A stretch of 53,578 nucleotides of DNA from Thermococcus sp. (lineage in GTDB: Archaea; Methanobacteriota_B; Thermococci; Thermococcales; Thermococcaceae), in assembly GCA_015523195.1 (NCBI GenBank), contig WAKU01000024.1, positions 1-53,578 of the forward strand. Direction: 5' to 3'. The position numbers and the translations under genes are program-made. The notes beneath the pieces were generated by a model. The model saw only the letters and a list, made by a program, of their open reading frames with translations. It ran no database searches and was not told the DNA's origin. Positions 1 through 9,500 of the stretch are shown in pieces (position 1 is the first letter of the stretch; every line of letters starts with the position of its first letter).

Positions 1-51
1 AAAGTGGTTGTCATCCTCAAGGTCGAGCCACGTGAAAGAGCGTACCGCTGA
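1..51 (+). CDS. 3' end of a probable RelE/ParE-family type II toxin (partial, runs off window)
   Basis: Frame 1 reads KVVVILKVEPRERAYR-stop (TGA 49-51), resembling the RelE C-terminal strand plus R-x-x-x-Y-R/K tail; only 16 codons visible. Confidence 0.5.
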   Translation, partial: KVVVILKVEPRERAYR

Positions 52-97
52 GCTAACCCTTTTATACCTCCCCTCCCTTCTCCCTCCGGTGGTGCCC

Positions 98-1417
98 ATG
101 AAAATCGTGGTTGTTGGTTCTGGAACCGCTGGAAGCAACTTCGCCCTCTTTATGAGAAAGCTCGACAGAAAGGCGGAAATTACCGTCATAGGAAAGGAAC
201 CCACGATGCAGTATTCTCCGTGCGCGTTGCCCCATGTAATAAGCGGAACCATAGAGAAGCCGGAGGATGTAATCGTCTTTCCGAACGAGTTCTACGAGAG
301 GCAGAAAATCAAGCTAATGCTCTCCACCGAGGCCAAAGCCATAGACCGCGAGAGGAAGGTCGTGGTCACCGATAAGGCCGAAGTCCCCTACGACAAGCTC
401 GTTTTAGCTGTCGGCTCCAAAGCGTTTATCCCGCCGATAAAGGGTGTCGAGAACGAAGGTGTTTTCACCCTCAAGAGCCTCGACGACGTGAGGAAAATCA
501 AATCATACGTCGCCGAGAGGAAGCCGAAGAAAGCGGTTGTAATCGGCGCCGGCTTAATTGGCCTCGAAGGGGCCGAAGCCTTTGCCAAGCTTGGTATGGA
601 GGTTCTCGTCGTCGAGCTGATGGATCGCCTGATGCCGACGATGCTGGACATGGACACGGCAAAGCTCGTCCGGGCAGAGATGGAAAAGCACGGCGTTTCC
701 TTCCGCTTTAAAGAGGGAGTCAGCGAGATAATCGGCAGCCCGGTTGAAGCCGTCAGGATAGGTGAGGAAGAGGTTCCGGCAGATCTCGTTCTCGTCGCCA
801 CCGGAGTCAGGGCGAACGTTGACCTGGCCAAGAAGGCCGGTCTCGAAGTCAGCAGGGGAATAGTCGTCAACGAGCACCTCCAGACGAGTGACCCGGACAT
901 CTACGCGATAGGTGACTGTGCAGAAGTTATTGACGCCGTTACCGGCCAGAGAACGCTCAGCCAGCTCGGAACCTCGGCTGTGAGGATGGCTAAAGTCGCG
1001 GCCGAGCACATAGCCGGAAAAGACGTTTCCTTCAGACCCGTCTTCAACACGGCAATAACTGAACTCTTCGGCCTCGAAATAGGGGCTTTCGGCATCACAG
1101 AGGAGAGGGCCAAAAGGGAGGGCATCGAAGTTGTTGTCGGCAAGTTCAGGGGCTCGACCAAGCCCGAGTACTATCCTGGAGGAAAGCCCATAACGGTCAA
1201 GACCATCTTCAGGAAGCCCGATAGAAGGCTCATAGGAGCTCAGATAGTCGGCGGCGAGCGCGTCTGGGCCAGGGTAATGACGCTCTCCGCTTTAGCTCAG
1301 AAGGCCGCAACCGCTGAGGACGTTGCCTACCTTGAGACGGCCTACGCTCCGCCGATAAGCCCGACGATAGATCCTATAACCGTCGCGGCGGAGATGGCTT
1401 TGAGGAGGATTGGTTGA
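98..1417 (+). CDS. FAD-dependent NAD(P)H oxidase / CoA-disulfide reductase family flavoprotein
   Basis: MKIVVVGSGTAG FAD motif, redox Cys in YSPCALP, VIGAGLIGLE NAD motif, IYAIGD, C-terminal AYAPP; ATG at 98 after GGTGG SD (ORF-track start at 8 is an over-extension). Confidence 0.9.
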   Translation: MKIVVVGSGTAGSNFALFMRKLDRKAEITVIGKEPTMQYSPCALPHVISGTIEKPEDVIVFPNEFYERQKIKLMLSTEAKAIDRERKVVVTDKAEVPYDKLVLAVGSKAFIPPIKGVENEGVFTLKSLDDVRKIKSYVAERKPKKAVVIGAGLIGLEGAEAFAKLGMEVLVVELMDRLMPTMLDMDTAKLVRAEMEKHGVSFRFKEGVSEIIGSPVEAVRIGEEEVPADLVLVATGVRANVDLAKKAGLEVSRGIVVNEHLQTSDPDIYAIGDCAEVIDAVTGQRTLSQLGTSAVRMAKVAAEHIAGKDVSFRPVFNTAITELFGLEIGAFGITEERAKREGIEVVVGKFRGSTKPEYYPGGKPITVKTIFRKPDRRLIGAQIVGGERVWARVMTLSALAQKAATAEDVAYLETAYAPPISPTIDPITVAAEMALRRIG

Positions 1418-1911
1418 TGCTTTAGACAGTTCCTTTACCTTTGTTCCTTAGTCTCCCATCGCTCTTCAACCTCGTTTCATGTTGTTTCATTGGCCGTTCT
1501 TTAGTCCCCCTGAGGGCCCCTTTGGGATAAACCTTTGGATCGATGCTATGGGCCCCTGTCCGGCATCCTCTGTTCCACTATGTGGTAACGGAGGGTGTGG
1601 CGCCCGCATTTTACAATTTCCCCTATCTTTTAGCCTTTTGAAGTTTAAGGCTGGAACCTATTTAACTGCACTTTAAAATGCCTTTGTATTGGTGGGTATA
1701 TTTAGTTCTAAATTCGAACTCTATTTGCATGTTGATCATTGGGGTGCAAAATTTTCGGCATTTTGATGTTCCCTGAAACGCTGTGTAATCAGTGGCCTCT
1801 CTATATTCTATATAGCCCCCTTCTCCTGGCTCTGTGAAAGTACACATTTTACCCCCCCGCCGAATATTCCCCGGCCCTTTTACGTCCGGCTGTTGTGATT
1901 CAATCTCAGCA

Positions 1912-1926
1912 CGAAAAAACTTATAA
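1912..1926 (+). promoter_or_regulatory. BRE-TATA promoter of the subtilase gene
   Basis: cgaaaaaac-TTATAA about 80 nt upstream of ATG 2005; GGGTGA SD before the start. Confidence 0.6.
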
Positions 1927-2004
1927 CTCCTACAATGCACATCATCGTACTGAGATGAAGGGACATGGTCCCGGAGCGAAACTGATGAACAGGGTGATTG
2001 GAAT

Positions 2005-4056
2005 ATGAGGAAGGGTGTTGCAGTTGTACTGGCCCTTTTTGCAGTTGGCCTCATGGTGGGAGTCACACTGGCAATCCCATCACCGGACAAGCCCACTGCG
2101 CTCAGCACAACCTCAAAGAACTACGGTCTGCTGACCCCGGCCCTCTTCAAGAAGATACAGCACATGGGCCCGAACCAAGAGATCAGCACGATAATAATGT
2201 TCCAGAATCAGCAGGCCAAGGAACGGGCCCTCAGGCTCCTCAGGGCAAGGGGGGTGAAGATCAAATACGACTACCACATAATACCCGCCCTTGCTGTCAA
2301 GATAAAACTCAAGGACCTGCTCCTGATCTCAGGCCTTTCCCACAGGGGACTCTTCGGCGGGGGAATAAGCCTCCAGGGAGTGGAGTTCATTCAGGACGAC
2401 TACACCGTTAAGGCCGCCGTTGACACCGAGGGTCTCGACGAGTCGGCTGCACAGGTCATGGCCACCAACATGTGGAACCTCGGCTACGACGGTTCCGGAA
2501 TAACGATCGCCATAATAGACACCGGAATAGATGCCTCTCACCCCGATCTCAAGGGTAAGGTCATAGGCTGGAAGGACTTCGTCAACGGAAAGACAACCCC
2601 CTACGATGACAACGGGCACGGAACCCACGTCTCAAGCATAGCGGCTGGAACCGGCGCGGCCAGCAACGGCAAGTACAAGGGCATGGCCCCCGGTGCTAAG
2701 CTCGTCGGCATAAAGGTTCTCAGCGGAGAGGGAAGCGGCAGCGTTTCGGACATCATAGCCGGTGTTGACTGGGCCGTTCAGAACAAGGACAAGTACAACA
2801 TCAGGGTAATCAACCTCTCGCTCGGCTCAAGCCAGAGCTCCGACGGTACCGACTCCCTCAGCCAGGCGGTCAACAACGCATGGGACGCCGGAATAGTCGT
2901 CTGCGTTGCAGCAGGAAACAGCGGCCCCGACAAGTACACCGTCGGCTCACCGGCAGCTGCGAGCAAGGTCATAACCGTTGGAGCGGTTGACAAGAACGAC
3001 GTCATAACCGACTTCTCAAGCAGGGGGCCAACCGCCGACGGCAGGCTCAAGCCGGAGGTTGTTGCTCCGGGCAACTGGATTATCGCCGCTAGGGCCAGCG
3101 GAACCCAGCTCACCGACGTCACCATTGGCGACTACTATGTCGCAGCCTCTGGAACGAGCATGGCAACACCGCACGTCGCTGGAATTTCGGCACTAATCCT
3201 CCAGGCCCACCCCAACTGGACACCTGACCAGGTCAAGAAGGCCCTCATCGAGACGGCCGACATAGTCGCCCCGAGCGAGATAGCTGGGGTTGCCTACGGT
3301 GCCGGCAGGGTTAACGCGTACAAGGCTGCCCACTACGACAGCTACGCCAAGCTCACTTTCACCGGCTCTGTAGCGGACAAGGGTCAGGAGACCCACCAGT
3401 TCACGATAAGCGGCGCCTCCTTCGTTACAGCGACACTCTACTGGGACAACAGCAAGAGCGACCTCGACCTCTACCTCTACGACCCGAACGGCAACGAGGT
3501 CGACTACTCCTACACCGCCTACTACGGCTTCGAAAAGGTCGGCTATTACAACCCGACCGATGGAACCTGGACGATAAAGGTTGTCAGCTACAGCGGTTCG
3601 GCAAACTACCAGGTTGATGTGGTAAGCGACGGCTCGCTCGGCCAGCCCGGCAGCGGTAACAACGGTGGAAACAATGGAGGCAACAGCGGGGGCAACAACG
3701 GAGGTAACAACGGTGGTACCGAGCCCTCCCCACAGCCGAGCCCGCAGCCTACAGTTGACGAGAAGACTTTCACCGGAACCGTGCAGTACAACGATTACAA
3801 CGTCCATGAGATGACCGTTAACAGCGGCGCCACCAAGATAACAGGCGATCTCAGCGGGAGCAGCTACGACGACCTCGACCTCTACCTCTACGACCCGAAC
3901 CAGAACCTCGTCGACAGCTCCGAGAACTACGGCTCAAGCGAGCACGTCGAGTACGCTAACCCAGCTCCAGGAACCTGGTACTTCGTCGTCTACGCCTACT
4001 ACACCTACTACTGGACCGCCAGCTACCAGCTCGATGTAAAGGTCTACTACGGCTGA
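2005..4056 (+). CDS. Extracellular S8 subtilisin-like serine protease (Tk-SP type) with propeptide and two C-terminal PPC/beta-jelly-roll domains
   Basis: Signal peptide; catalytic motifs [22 protein letters not shown]; two [10 protein letters not shown] domains separated by a Gly/Asn and Pro/Ser/Gln linker. Confidence 0.95.
   Translation: MRKGVAVVLALFAVGLMVGVTLAIPSPDKPTALSTTSKNYGLLTPALFKKIQHMGPNQEISTIIMFQNQQAKERALRLLRARGVKIKYDYHIIPALAVKIKLKDLLLISGLSHRGLFGGGISLQGVEFIQDDYTVKAAVDTEGLDESAAQVMATNMWNLGYDGSGITIAIIDTGIDASHPDLKGKVIGWKDFVNGKTTPYDDNGHGTHVSSIAAGTGAASNGKYKGMAPGAKLVGIKVLSGEGSGSVSDIIAGVDWAVQNKDKYNIRVINLSLGSSQSSDGTDSLSQAVNNAWDAGIVVCVAAGNSGPDKYTVGSPAAASKVITVGAVDKNDVITDFSSRGPTADGRLKPEVVAPGNWIIAARASGTQLTDVTIGDYYVAASGTSMATPHVAGISALILQAHPNWTPDQVKKALIETADIVAPSEIAGVAYGAGRVNAYKAAHYDSYAKLTFTGSVADKGQETHQFTISGASFVTATLYWDNSKSDLDLYLYDPNGNEVDYSYTAYYGFEKVGYYNPTDGTWTIKVVSYSGSANYQVDVVSDGSLGQPGSGNNGGNNGGNSGGNNGGNNGGTEPSPQPSPQPTVDEKTFTGTVQYNDYNVHEMTVNSGATKITGDLSGSSYDDLDLYLYDPNQNLVDSSENYGSSEHVEYANPAPGTWYFVVYAYYTYYWTASYQLDVKVYYG
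3459..3900 (+). repeat. Perfect 31-bp direct repeat between the two PPC domains (3459-3489 and 3870-3900)
   Basis: cgacctcgacctctacctctacgacccgaac occurs identically at both places. Confidence 0.9.
3655..3717 (+). repeat. 12-bp-period coding tandem repeat, (GNNG)x5 linker
   Basis: ggt aac aac ggt gga aac aat gga ggc aac agc ggg ggc aac aac gga ggt aac aac ggt ggt. Confidence 0.9.
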
Positions 4057-4099
4057 AGATTTTTAACCCCCTTCTTCCCTTTTCTCCGGGGTGGTTGAT

Positions 4100-5905
4100 G
4101 TGAGAAAGATCCTAACGGTAGGGCTACTCCTTCTTCTGGTGACTTCATCCGGTTCCGTCGGGGCCGTTCTGAGACCGTACGTTTACAGGCCAACGGTTCC
4201 GGACACGGCGTTCGCGGTTATAGCCCTCTACAAGGTTGGGGACTACTCCGGCGTTCTTGAGGGCTGCGAGTGGCTGATGGCGATAAAGACGCCCTTTGAC
4301 TCATGGGGCTACGCCTACGGTGAGGACAACGAGGCCAAGTACACTGCCATGGCCCTTATGGCGCTGATACGGGGAGAGAGCGTCGCGAGGGGCAGGTACT
4401 TCGATACAATCAACAGCGCTGCCTACTGGCTGATATACAAGCAGAACTCGGACGGCTCCTGGAGGGACTACACGGACACGGCCCTGGCCTACCTGGCCCT
4501 GAGGGAGTTCCTTAGGAGCAAGTACGTAAACGACAAGCTCCCCGGCTTCAGGGAGCAGCTCACAGAGGCGACGAGAAGGGCACGGGCCTGGCTGGAGATG
4601 CACGAGCCGAGAACGGACGAGGAGAAGATCTGGGGCTACCTCGCCCTCGGAGACGTGAAAAAGCTTGAGGCCCTCCACCCCAAGGGCGAGCTCGCCGCGT
4701 ACAGGGCCTTTGCCCTGGCTTACCTCGGCAAAAAAACGCGGCTTTCCGGCGACTTCAGGCTCCCCCGGGCGGTTGCAATGGCCCTCTACGCAACGGGAAG
4801 TGATAAGTACAGGAAAGAGCTCCTCAAAATGGAGCACTTCGGCTTCTGGGGCGTTCTGCACTTCAAAACCCTCGACCTCCTCAACGTCGCGATGGTAAAG
4901 GGCTTCATGGATCTGAAGTCGGCGGCGTGCCCCTACGTTGGTCTCATAAAGGCCAGCAGCGACTGGCAGAGGGTGGCTCTCGCGAAGTACTACGTTATGT
5001 GCGGCCTCAAACCCCAGCTTCCCGAGAACTACGGCTCCCTGCTCCCCTGGCAGGTGGCAGAGATCGCGAGGATCGACGCGTTGCTCGGTATGAACTACTC
5101 CGCGCCCGTGGCTTACCTCCTCTCAAACTCAAAGGACGGGGTCTGGAGGGACTTCTACAACACCGAGTACGTCCTCTGGGTTTTCAGGCATCTCAACGTC
5201 ACCTACAACTATTCCGTCTCACTTGGCTACTTGGAGCGCAACCTCACCTGGATGGCCACGACGAAGGATCCAAAGACTGGGAACCCGGTTTACTACAACG
5301 TTCCCACCTACTACCTCGCCTACGCGGTCGTCGTTTTCAAAGAGTTCGGCATGACCGGGGCACTCAACGAGACGCTGTCCCTCCTGAGGGAGAGGCAGTA
5401 CCCAAACGGCGCCTTTCCCTACACCGAGGGCTCGCTGGCCGGGATAACGTCCACCTCAACCGTGGCCTGGGCGCTTCAGGAGAGCGGCCTGAACGGGAGC
5501 GATATCTACTCAAAGGCCACCTCCTTCCTCCGGAGCGTTCTGTACGCGAATATACCAAACCTCCAGCCCCTCGGGAAGACTGCCAGGCTCGACAACGCTA
5601 CCTTCCTCCTCGTCAAGGACTCCAAGTACGTGGGGAACCAGACGGATCAGGTCTTCACCGATGGACTCGACGGCTACATCGTTGTTTATCCTGGGAAAAG
5701 CCCTCTCTCAGTCTCGGCCATTGCGGTGAGGGGCTTCCACGCCGCCAGTCCGTGGAGGGGGCACGGTATAACGAGAACCCAGGTGCTCGTGGTGCTGCTG
5801 CTCGCGGTCGCGATAGGAGGTGTGTGGTACTACCTCAGGCGCATGGAGAAACGGCGCATTGCCGGGAAAAAGAAGAAGCTCCTCAAGAAGGTAACCGAGG
5901 AGTGA
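4100..5905 (+). CDS. Secreted, C-terminally membrane-anchored protein with prenyltransferase/squalene-cyclase-like alpha/alpha repeats
   Basis: Signal peptide MRKILTVGLLLLL; repeats WLIYKQNSDGSW, YLLSNSKDGVW, RERQYPNGAF; C-terminal TM helix and basic tail; GTG at 4100 after GGTGG (4091 also possible). Confidence 0.75.
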   Translation: MRKILTVGLLLLLVTSSGSVGAVLRPYVYRPTVPDTAFAVIALYKVGDYSGVLEGCEWLMAIKTPFDSWGYAYGEDNEAKYTAMALMALIRGESVARGRYFDTINSAAYWLIYKQNSDGSWRDYTDTALAYLALREFLRSKYVNDKLPGFREQLTEATRRARAWLEMHEPRTDEEKIWGYLALGDVKKLEALHPKGELAAYRAFALAYLGKKTRLSGDFRLPRAVAMALYATGSDKYRKELLKMEHFGFWGVLHFKTLDLLNVAMVKGFMDLKSAACPYVGLIKASSDWQRVALAKYYVMCGLKPQLPENYGSLLPWQVAEIARIDALLGMNYSAPVAYLLSNSKDGVWRDFYNTEYVLWVFRHLNVTYNYSVSLGYLERNLTWMATTKDPKTGNPVYYNVPTYYLAYAVVVFKEFGMTGALNETLSLLRERQYPNGAFPYTEGSLAGITSTSTVAWALQESGLNGSDIYSKATSFLRSVLYANIPNLQPLGKTARLDNATFLLVKDSKYVGNQTDQVFTDGLDGYIVVYPGKSPLSVSAIAVRGFHAASPWRGHGITRTQVLVVLLLAVAIGGVWYYLRRMEKRRIAGKKKKLLKKVTEE

Positions 5906-6569
5906 GCCCTTTAATTTTTCCCAGCTCCTTCAACACGAACTCCCTAAGAAACTTCTCACTGAACTCAGTTTTCCTTCCCGCAAGGTAGGAGCGGTAGATT
6001 TTCAAAGCCTCCCCATCTCCAAGCTCTTCGAGCTTCCTCAGGACGTCCTCTTTTTTCAGGCTTGATCCGTGAAGGAAGGCCATAAGCCTCGCGGTCTCGC
6101 CCGCGAGAACGTGGAGCATCTTGAGGTTTCCCGAGGAGAGGTCGCGCTCAAGGTTTTTCAAAATCACCTCAAGCCTCTTGGGGAGTATCTCATCAACCCC
6201 GTACTCCGGGAGAAGTCCAACGACATCCTCACCCGCAACAACGACGTGGTTCTCCCTGAAGTCATCTTGATAAACCGTCAGGAACTTGTATGGATAGCCG
6301 AGGTTGAGCGGGTCGCGGAGGTTTGAGAGCCACTCCCATGCTACGTCAACCTCAACGGCTTTGAGGCCTTTGGAGCACTCCTCAAGAACGGGCCTGAGTT
6401 TGGAGAGCACCTCTTCTGGCTTTGCGCCGTCTTCGAGAACGACAAAGAAGTCAAGGTCGCTCGTTCCCGGGAGGTAGTCTCCCCTAACGAGAGAGCCGTA
6501 GAGAATTAGGGAATAAAGGCCGGGAACCCGGCCGAGCTTCTGCCTGATGCAGGCAATAAGGGCCATCAT
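5883..6569 (-). CDS. Pol-beta-like nucleotidyltransferase domain protein with helical C-terminal domain
   Basis: LILYGSLVRGD..SDLDF (hG[GS]x9DxD) motif; start overlaps bpsA stop (ATGA). Confidence 0.8.
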   Translation of the reverse strand: MMALIACIRQKLGRVPGLYSLILYGSLVRGDYLPGTSDLDFFVVLEDGAKPEEVLSKLRPVLEECSKGLKAVEVDVAWEWLSNLRDPLNLGYPYKFLTVYQDDFRENHVVVAGEDVVGLLPEYGVDEILPKRLEVILKNLERDLSSGNLKMLHVLAGETARLMAFLHGSSLKKEDVLRKLEELGDGEALKIYRSYLAGRKTEFSEKFLREFVLKELGKIKGLTPRLPS

Positions 6570-7621
6570 GTGGTCGAGGCCTCTTCGTCGTTGTAGAGCT
6601 CGTCGCCTACGGTTATCCTCTCCTCGAAGCCCTTCGAGCCCTCAAGCGTCTGTATTCTGAACATGTAGCTCTTGTACCAGTTGTAGGACGGCTTGACCTT
6701 AACCGGGAGGAGCTTCCAGGCGCGCGTCTCCTCTTCATAACCCCAGTTGACGTACTCGTTGAAGTTTCTGATGATGTCGGTTATCACAACGCCGAACTCG
6801 TTGAGGAGCAGCTTTTGAATCTCGCGCCACTTATCGAGAGAACTCTCGCGCCTCGTTATGCCAAAGTAGCCGGCGCAGCCGGGCCCCTTGAGGGTCGCTA
6901 TTCCCCTCCCGACGAAGGCCCTTATAGCTTCAACGGTCTCGGGCGGATCCGTGATGAAGGTGTCGAACTTGTGGAGAGCGTAGTCTGGAAGTGGCTCCCT
7001 CAGGTCGAAGGTGAACATCTCGATGTTCTCGTAGCCGAGCTCGTCGGCAGTCCTCTCGATGAACTTTACGAGGCGCTCGTCGATGTCAAGAACCGCTATC
7101 CTCTTCGGCAGGCCGGAGAGCATGAGGGCAACGCTGGTTAGGTCATCGTCACCGAGGACGAACACCTCCTTGTTCTCAAGGTCACCCCTGCTGTGCATTA
7201 AAGCAACCCTTGCCACGGTGGTCTCGGGCGTAACGTAGGCTTGGTCGAAGTCGTGCTTCGGCTGCGGGCGGTTCTTGACTATCTCCCTGAACTCATCAAG
7301 GAGGTCTCTGAATGCTGAAAGCTCAACGGTCTTGCCCTGGCAGTGGGAGCAGGTGTAGTCCACCCTCGGGCCTATCCCGTACTTCTCCACGAGCTTTTTC
7401 CCGCTCTCAGTCAGGACGACCCTCGGCCCCTCGAAGGCCACGTAGCCCATCTCGTGGAGGGCAGTTATTACAGCCACGACCAGCGGAAGGGGCTCCTCGC
7501 TGAGGTCGACGATGTGCCAAACGTCACAGCTCGCCTGCAGGGCGCTCAGAACGTTCTCAATCGTTCTCTCGTAAACGGGGATGCTCGTCTTTTCCTTAAC
7601 CCTCTCGGCTATCTTCCTCAT
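6566..7621 (-). CDS. bpsA: Branched-chain polyamine synthase (N4-bis(aminopropyl)spermidine synthase)
   Basis: FDQAYVTPET, VLGDDDLTS, VLDIDERL, FITDPPET motifs typical of Thermococcales BpsA; GGAGGTG SD before ATG 7621. Confidence 0.92.
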   Translation of the reverse strand: MRKIAERVKEKTSIPVYERTIENVLSALQASCDVWHIVDLSEEPLPLVVAVITALHEMGYVAFEGPRVVLTESGKKLVEKYGIGPRVDYTCSHCQGKTVELSAFRDLLDEFREIVKNRPQPKHDFDQAYVTPETTVARVALMHSRGDLENKEVFVLGDDDLTSVALMLSGLPKRIAVLDIDERLVKFIERTADELGYENIEMFTFDLREPLPDYALHKFDTFITDPPETVEAIRAFVGRGIATLKGPGCAGYFGITRRESSLDKWREIQKLLLNEFGVVITDIIRNFNEYVNWGYEEETRAWKLLPVKVKPSYNWYKSYMFRIQTLEGSKGFEERITVGDELYNDEEASTT

Positions 7622-7727
7622 CTTAAGCACCTCCAGAAGCTTTAGCTTCGTGAACGGGGTTAGGGCAGGCCTCTTTTAAGGTTTTCCCAGCGGTAGGTTT
7701 AAGAGCTGAGGGCGGGATCCCCCTTCG

Positions 7728-8468
7728 ATGATAAGACAAGTTGGAGACGACTTCGTCAAGCGCTACCGCCTAAGGTACAACCTTGAGGCCCTTGAGCGGA
7801 TTAGGAGCGAGATCGGGGAGAGGGCTTACTCCCGCCTGAAGGCCCTTTTGGAGTACCGCCTGAGCGGGATGGACTTTGACCGCTCTCCAAGCGGTGTTAA
7901 AGTGGCTTTAGCATTCTCGGCCGGCTCAGACAGCACAGCCTCGCTGAAGATCCTCCGCTGGGCGGGCTTTGAAGTTGTTCCGGTGACGGTTAAGCTCCCC
8001 CAGATGGGCGAGAGAGTCGTTGAGAGGGCCAGAAAAGCGGGAGCGGTTTTCGTTGAGGTTCCCAACTATCTTGAGGTAATAACGGCCCAGATGGAGAAGG
8101 GCGCGCCAATATGCGGGCGATGTCACTCGATGGTTATGAAAGCTGTTGAGACCTTCGCGAGGGAGCGGGGGATAGAGATGGTAGCCTCGGGCGACCTTCT
8201 GAGTTCTGGCCTCATATCAATATACAAAGAAGGAGACCTCGTAATCCTCAACTTCCCGGCCTTCTTGGCCCTCGACAAGGCGGAGCTCATAGGGGTCATC
8301 GGAGGGGGCTATAAGCTGAGCTTTGGCTGTCCGCTCCTCTGGGAGCTCTTCAGAAGGGCCCCATCGGCAAAGAGGCTCTCGATACAGCGCGTCCTCAGGG
8401 AGACGAGGGCCAGGGCATTGGCTCCAGAGATGGCGGCGGAGCTGATAGTGGACATACTTTCAAGGTAG
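7728..8468 (+). CDS. PP-loop (N-type ATP pyrophosphatase) superfamily protein
   Basis: AFSAGSDS PP-loop, CGRCH and GCP motifs. Confidence 0.8.
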   Translation: MIRQVGDDFVKRYRLRYNLEALERIRSEIGERAYSRLKALLEYRLSGMDFDRSPSGVKVALAFSAGSDSTASLKILRWAGFEVVPVTVKLPQMGERVVERARKAGAVFVEVPNYLEVITAQMEKGAPICGRCHSMVMKAVETFARERGIEMVASGDLLSSGLISIYKEGDLVILNFPAFLALDKAELIGVIGGGYKLSFGCPLLWELFRRAPSAKRLSIQRVLRETRARALAPEMAAELIVDILSR

Positions 8469-8529
8469 TTCCCAGAGATGTCCCAAAAGGTTTAAATGTG
8501 TATTCTAAAACCTTGAGCGGTGGTGAGTA

Positions 8530-9063
8530 ATGGTCACGAAGGAAGATGTTGAGAAGGTCGTTAAGGAAGTAGTTGACGAGAGGTTCATCCGCTCAACCGA
8601 GGTAGATGAGAAGGGCAACGTCACGGTTACTCTCTCCAGGGACACCCCCGATATAGACAACGTCCTCATAAAGCTCCACTCCGAGCTCGGAAAGCTCGAA
8701 GGCGTTGGCCTGATAACCATAAACCGCGAGAGAGAAACTAAGGAGACCGGTGAGAAGGTCGAGCTCACCAAGGATCTCGTCCTTGAGAAGCTCAAGGAGG
8801 TCGTTGACCCGGAAGTCGGGGTCGACGTCGTCAACCTCGGCCTGATCTATGAGCTGGAGATAAGGCCAGATAACACCGTTTACGTCAAGATGACGATGAC
8901 GACTCCGGGCTGTCCGCTGACGATGTGGATCCTTCGCGCTGTCGAGGATAAGATACTCGAAATTCCGGGCGTTAAGGACGCTGAAATAGAGCTCACCTTC
9001 GATCCGCCGTGGAGCCCGGACATGATAAGCCCGGAGTACAAGAAGAGACTTGGCCTTTACTGA
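8530..9063 (+). CDS. DUF59/SufT-type metal-sulfur cluster assembly protein
   Basis: DPEVGVDVVNLGLIY...MTTPGCP...FDPPW signature. Confidence 0.9.
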   Translation: MVTKEDVEKVVKEVVDERFIRSTEVDEKGNVTVTLSRDTPDIDNVLIKLHSELGKLEGVGLITINRERETKETGEKVELTKDLVLEKLKEVVDPEVGVDVVNLGLIYELEIRPDNTVYVKMTMTTPGCPLTMWILRAVEDKILEIPGVKDAEIELTFDPPWSPDMISPEYKKRLGLY

Positions 9064-9120
9064 CCATTTTTGCCTTTTTCTGTCCATTTAGGTTCTCCAC
9101 GGGTCTGGGGGGCTGATCCG

Positions 9121-9137
9121 GTTTTAAACCTCTGGTT
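9121..9137 (+). promoter_or_regulatory. SurR binding site (GTT-N3-AAC-N5-GTT) upstream of the ferredoxin promoter
   Basis: GTTttaAACctctgGTT, followed by BRE-TATA gaaaagTTTATA at about 9145-9156. Confidence 0.75.
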
Positions 9138-9184
9138 TCAGGACGAAAAGTTTATATTCGTCAAAGCGCACTTATTCGCGGTGA

Positions 9185-9394
<210 letters not shown>

Positions 9395-9500
9395 TGATTC
9401 TCCCTTTTCCTTATCCCTTTCACGTCATTTTGAAGGTTTAAACTGCTGCGTTCTCGATCTGCCCCCTCCTTTGCATTGAAATTGAAAAATTTGAATTGGT

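Noticed and set aside
1940-1990. Hammerhead-like words (GTA, CTGAGATGA, hairpin, GAAAC)
   Set aside because: No stem I between the putative cleavage triplet and the CUGA core, and spacing around stem II is wrong
4927-5988. 353-aa alternative-frame ORF within the surface protein gene
   Set aside because: Arg/Pro/Gln-rich shadow frame typical of GC-biased codon usage; no SD or motifs
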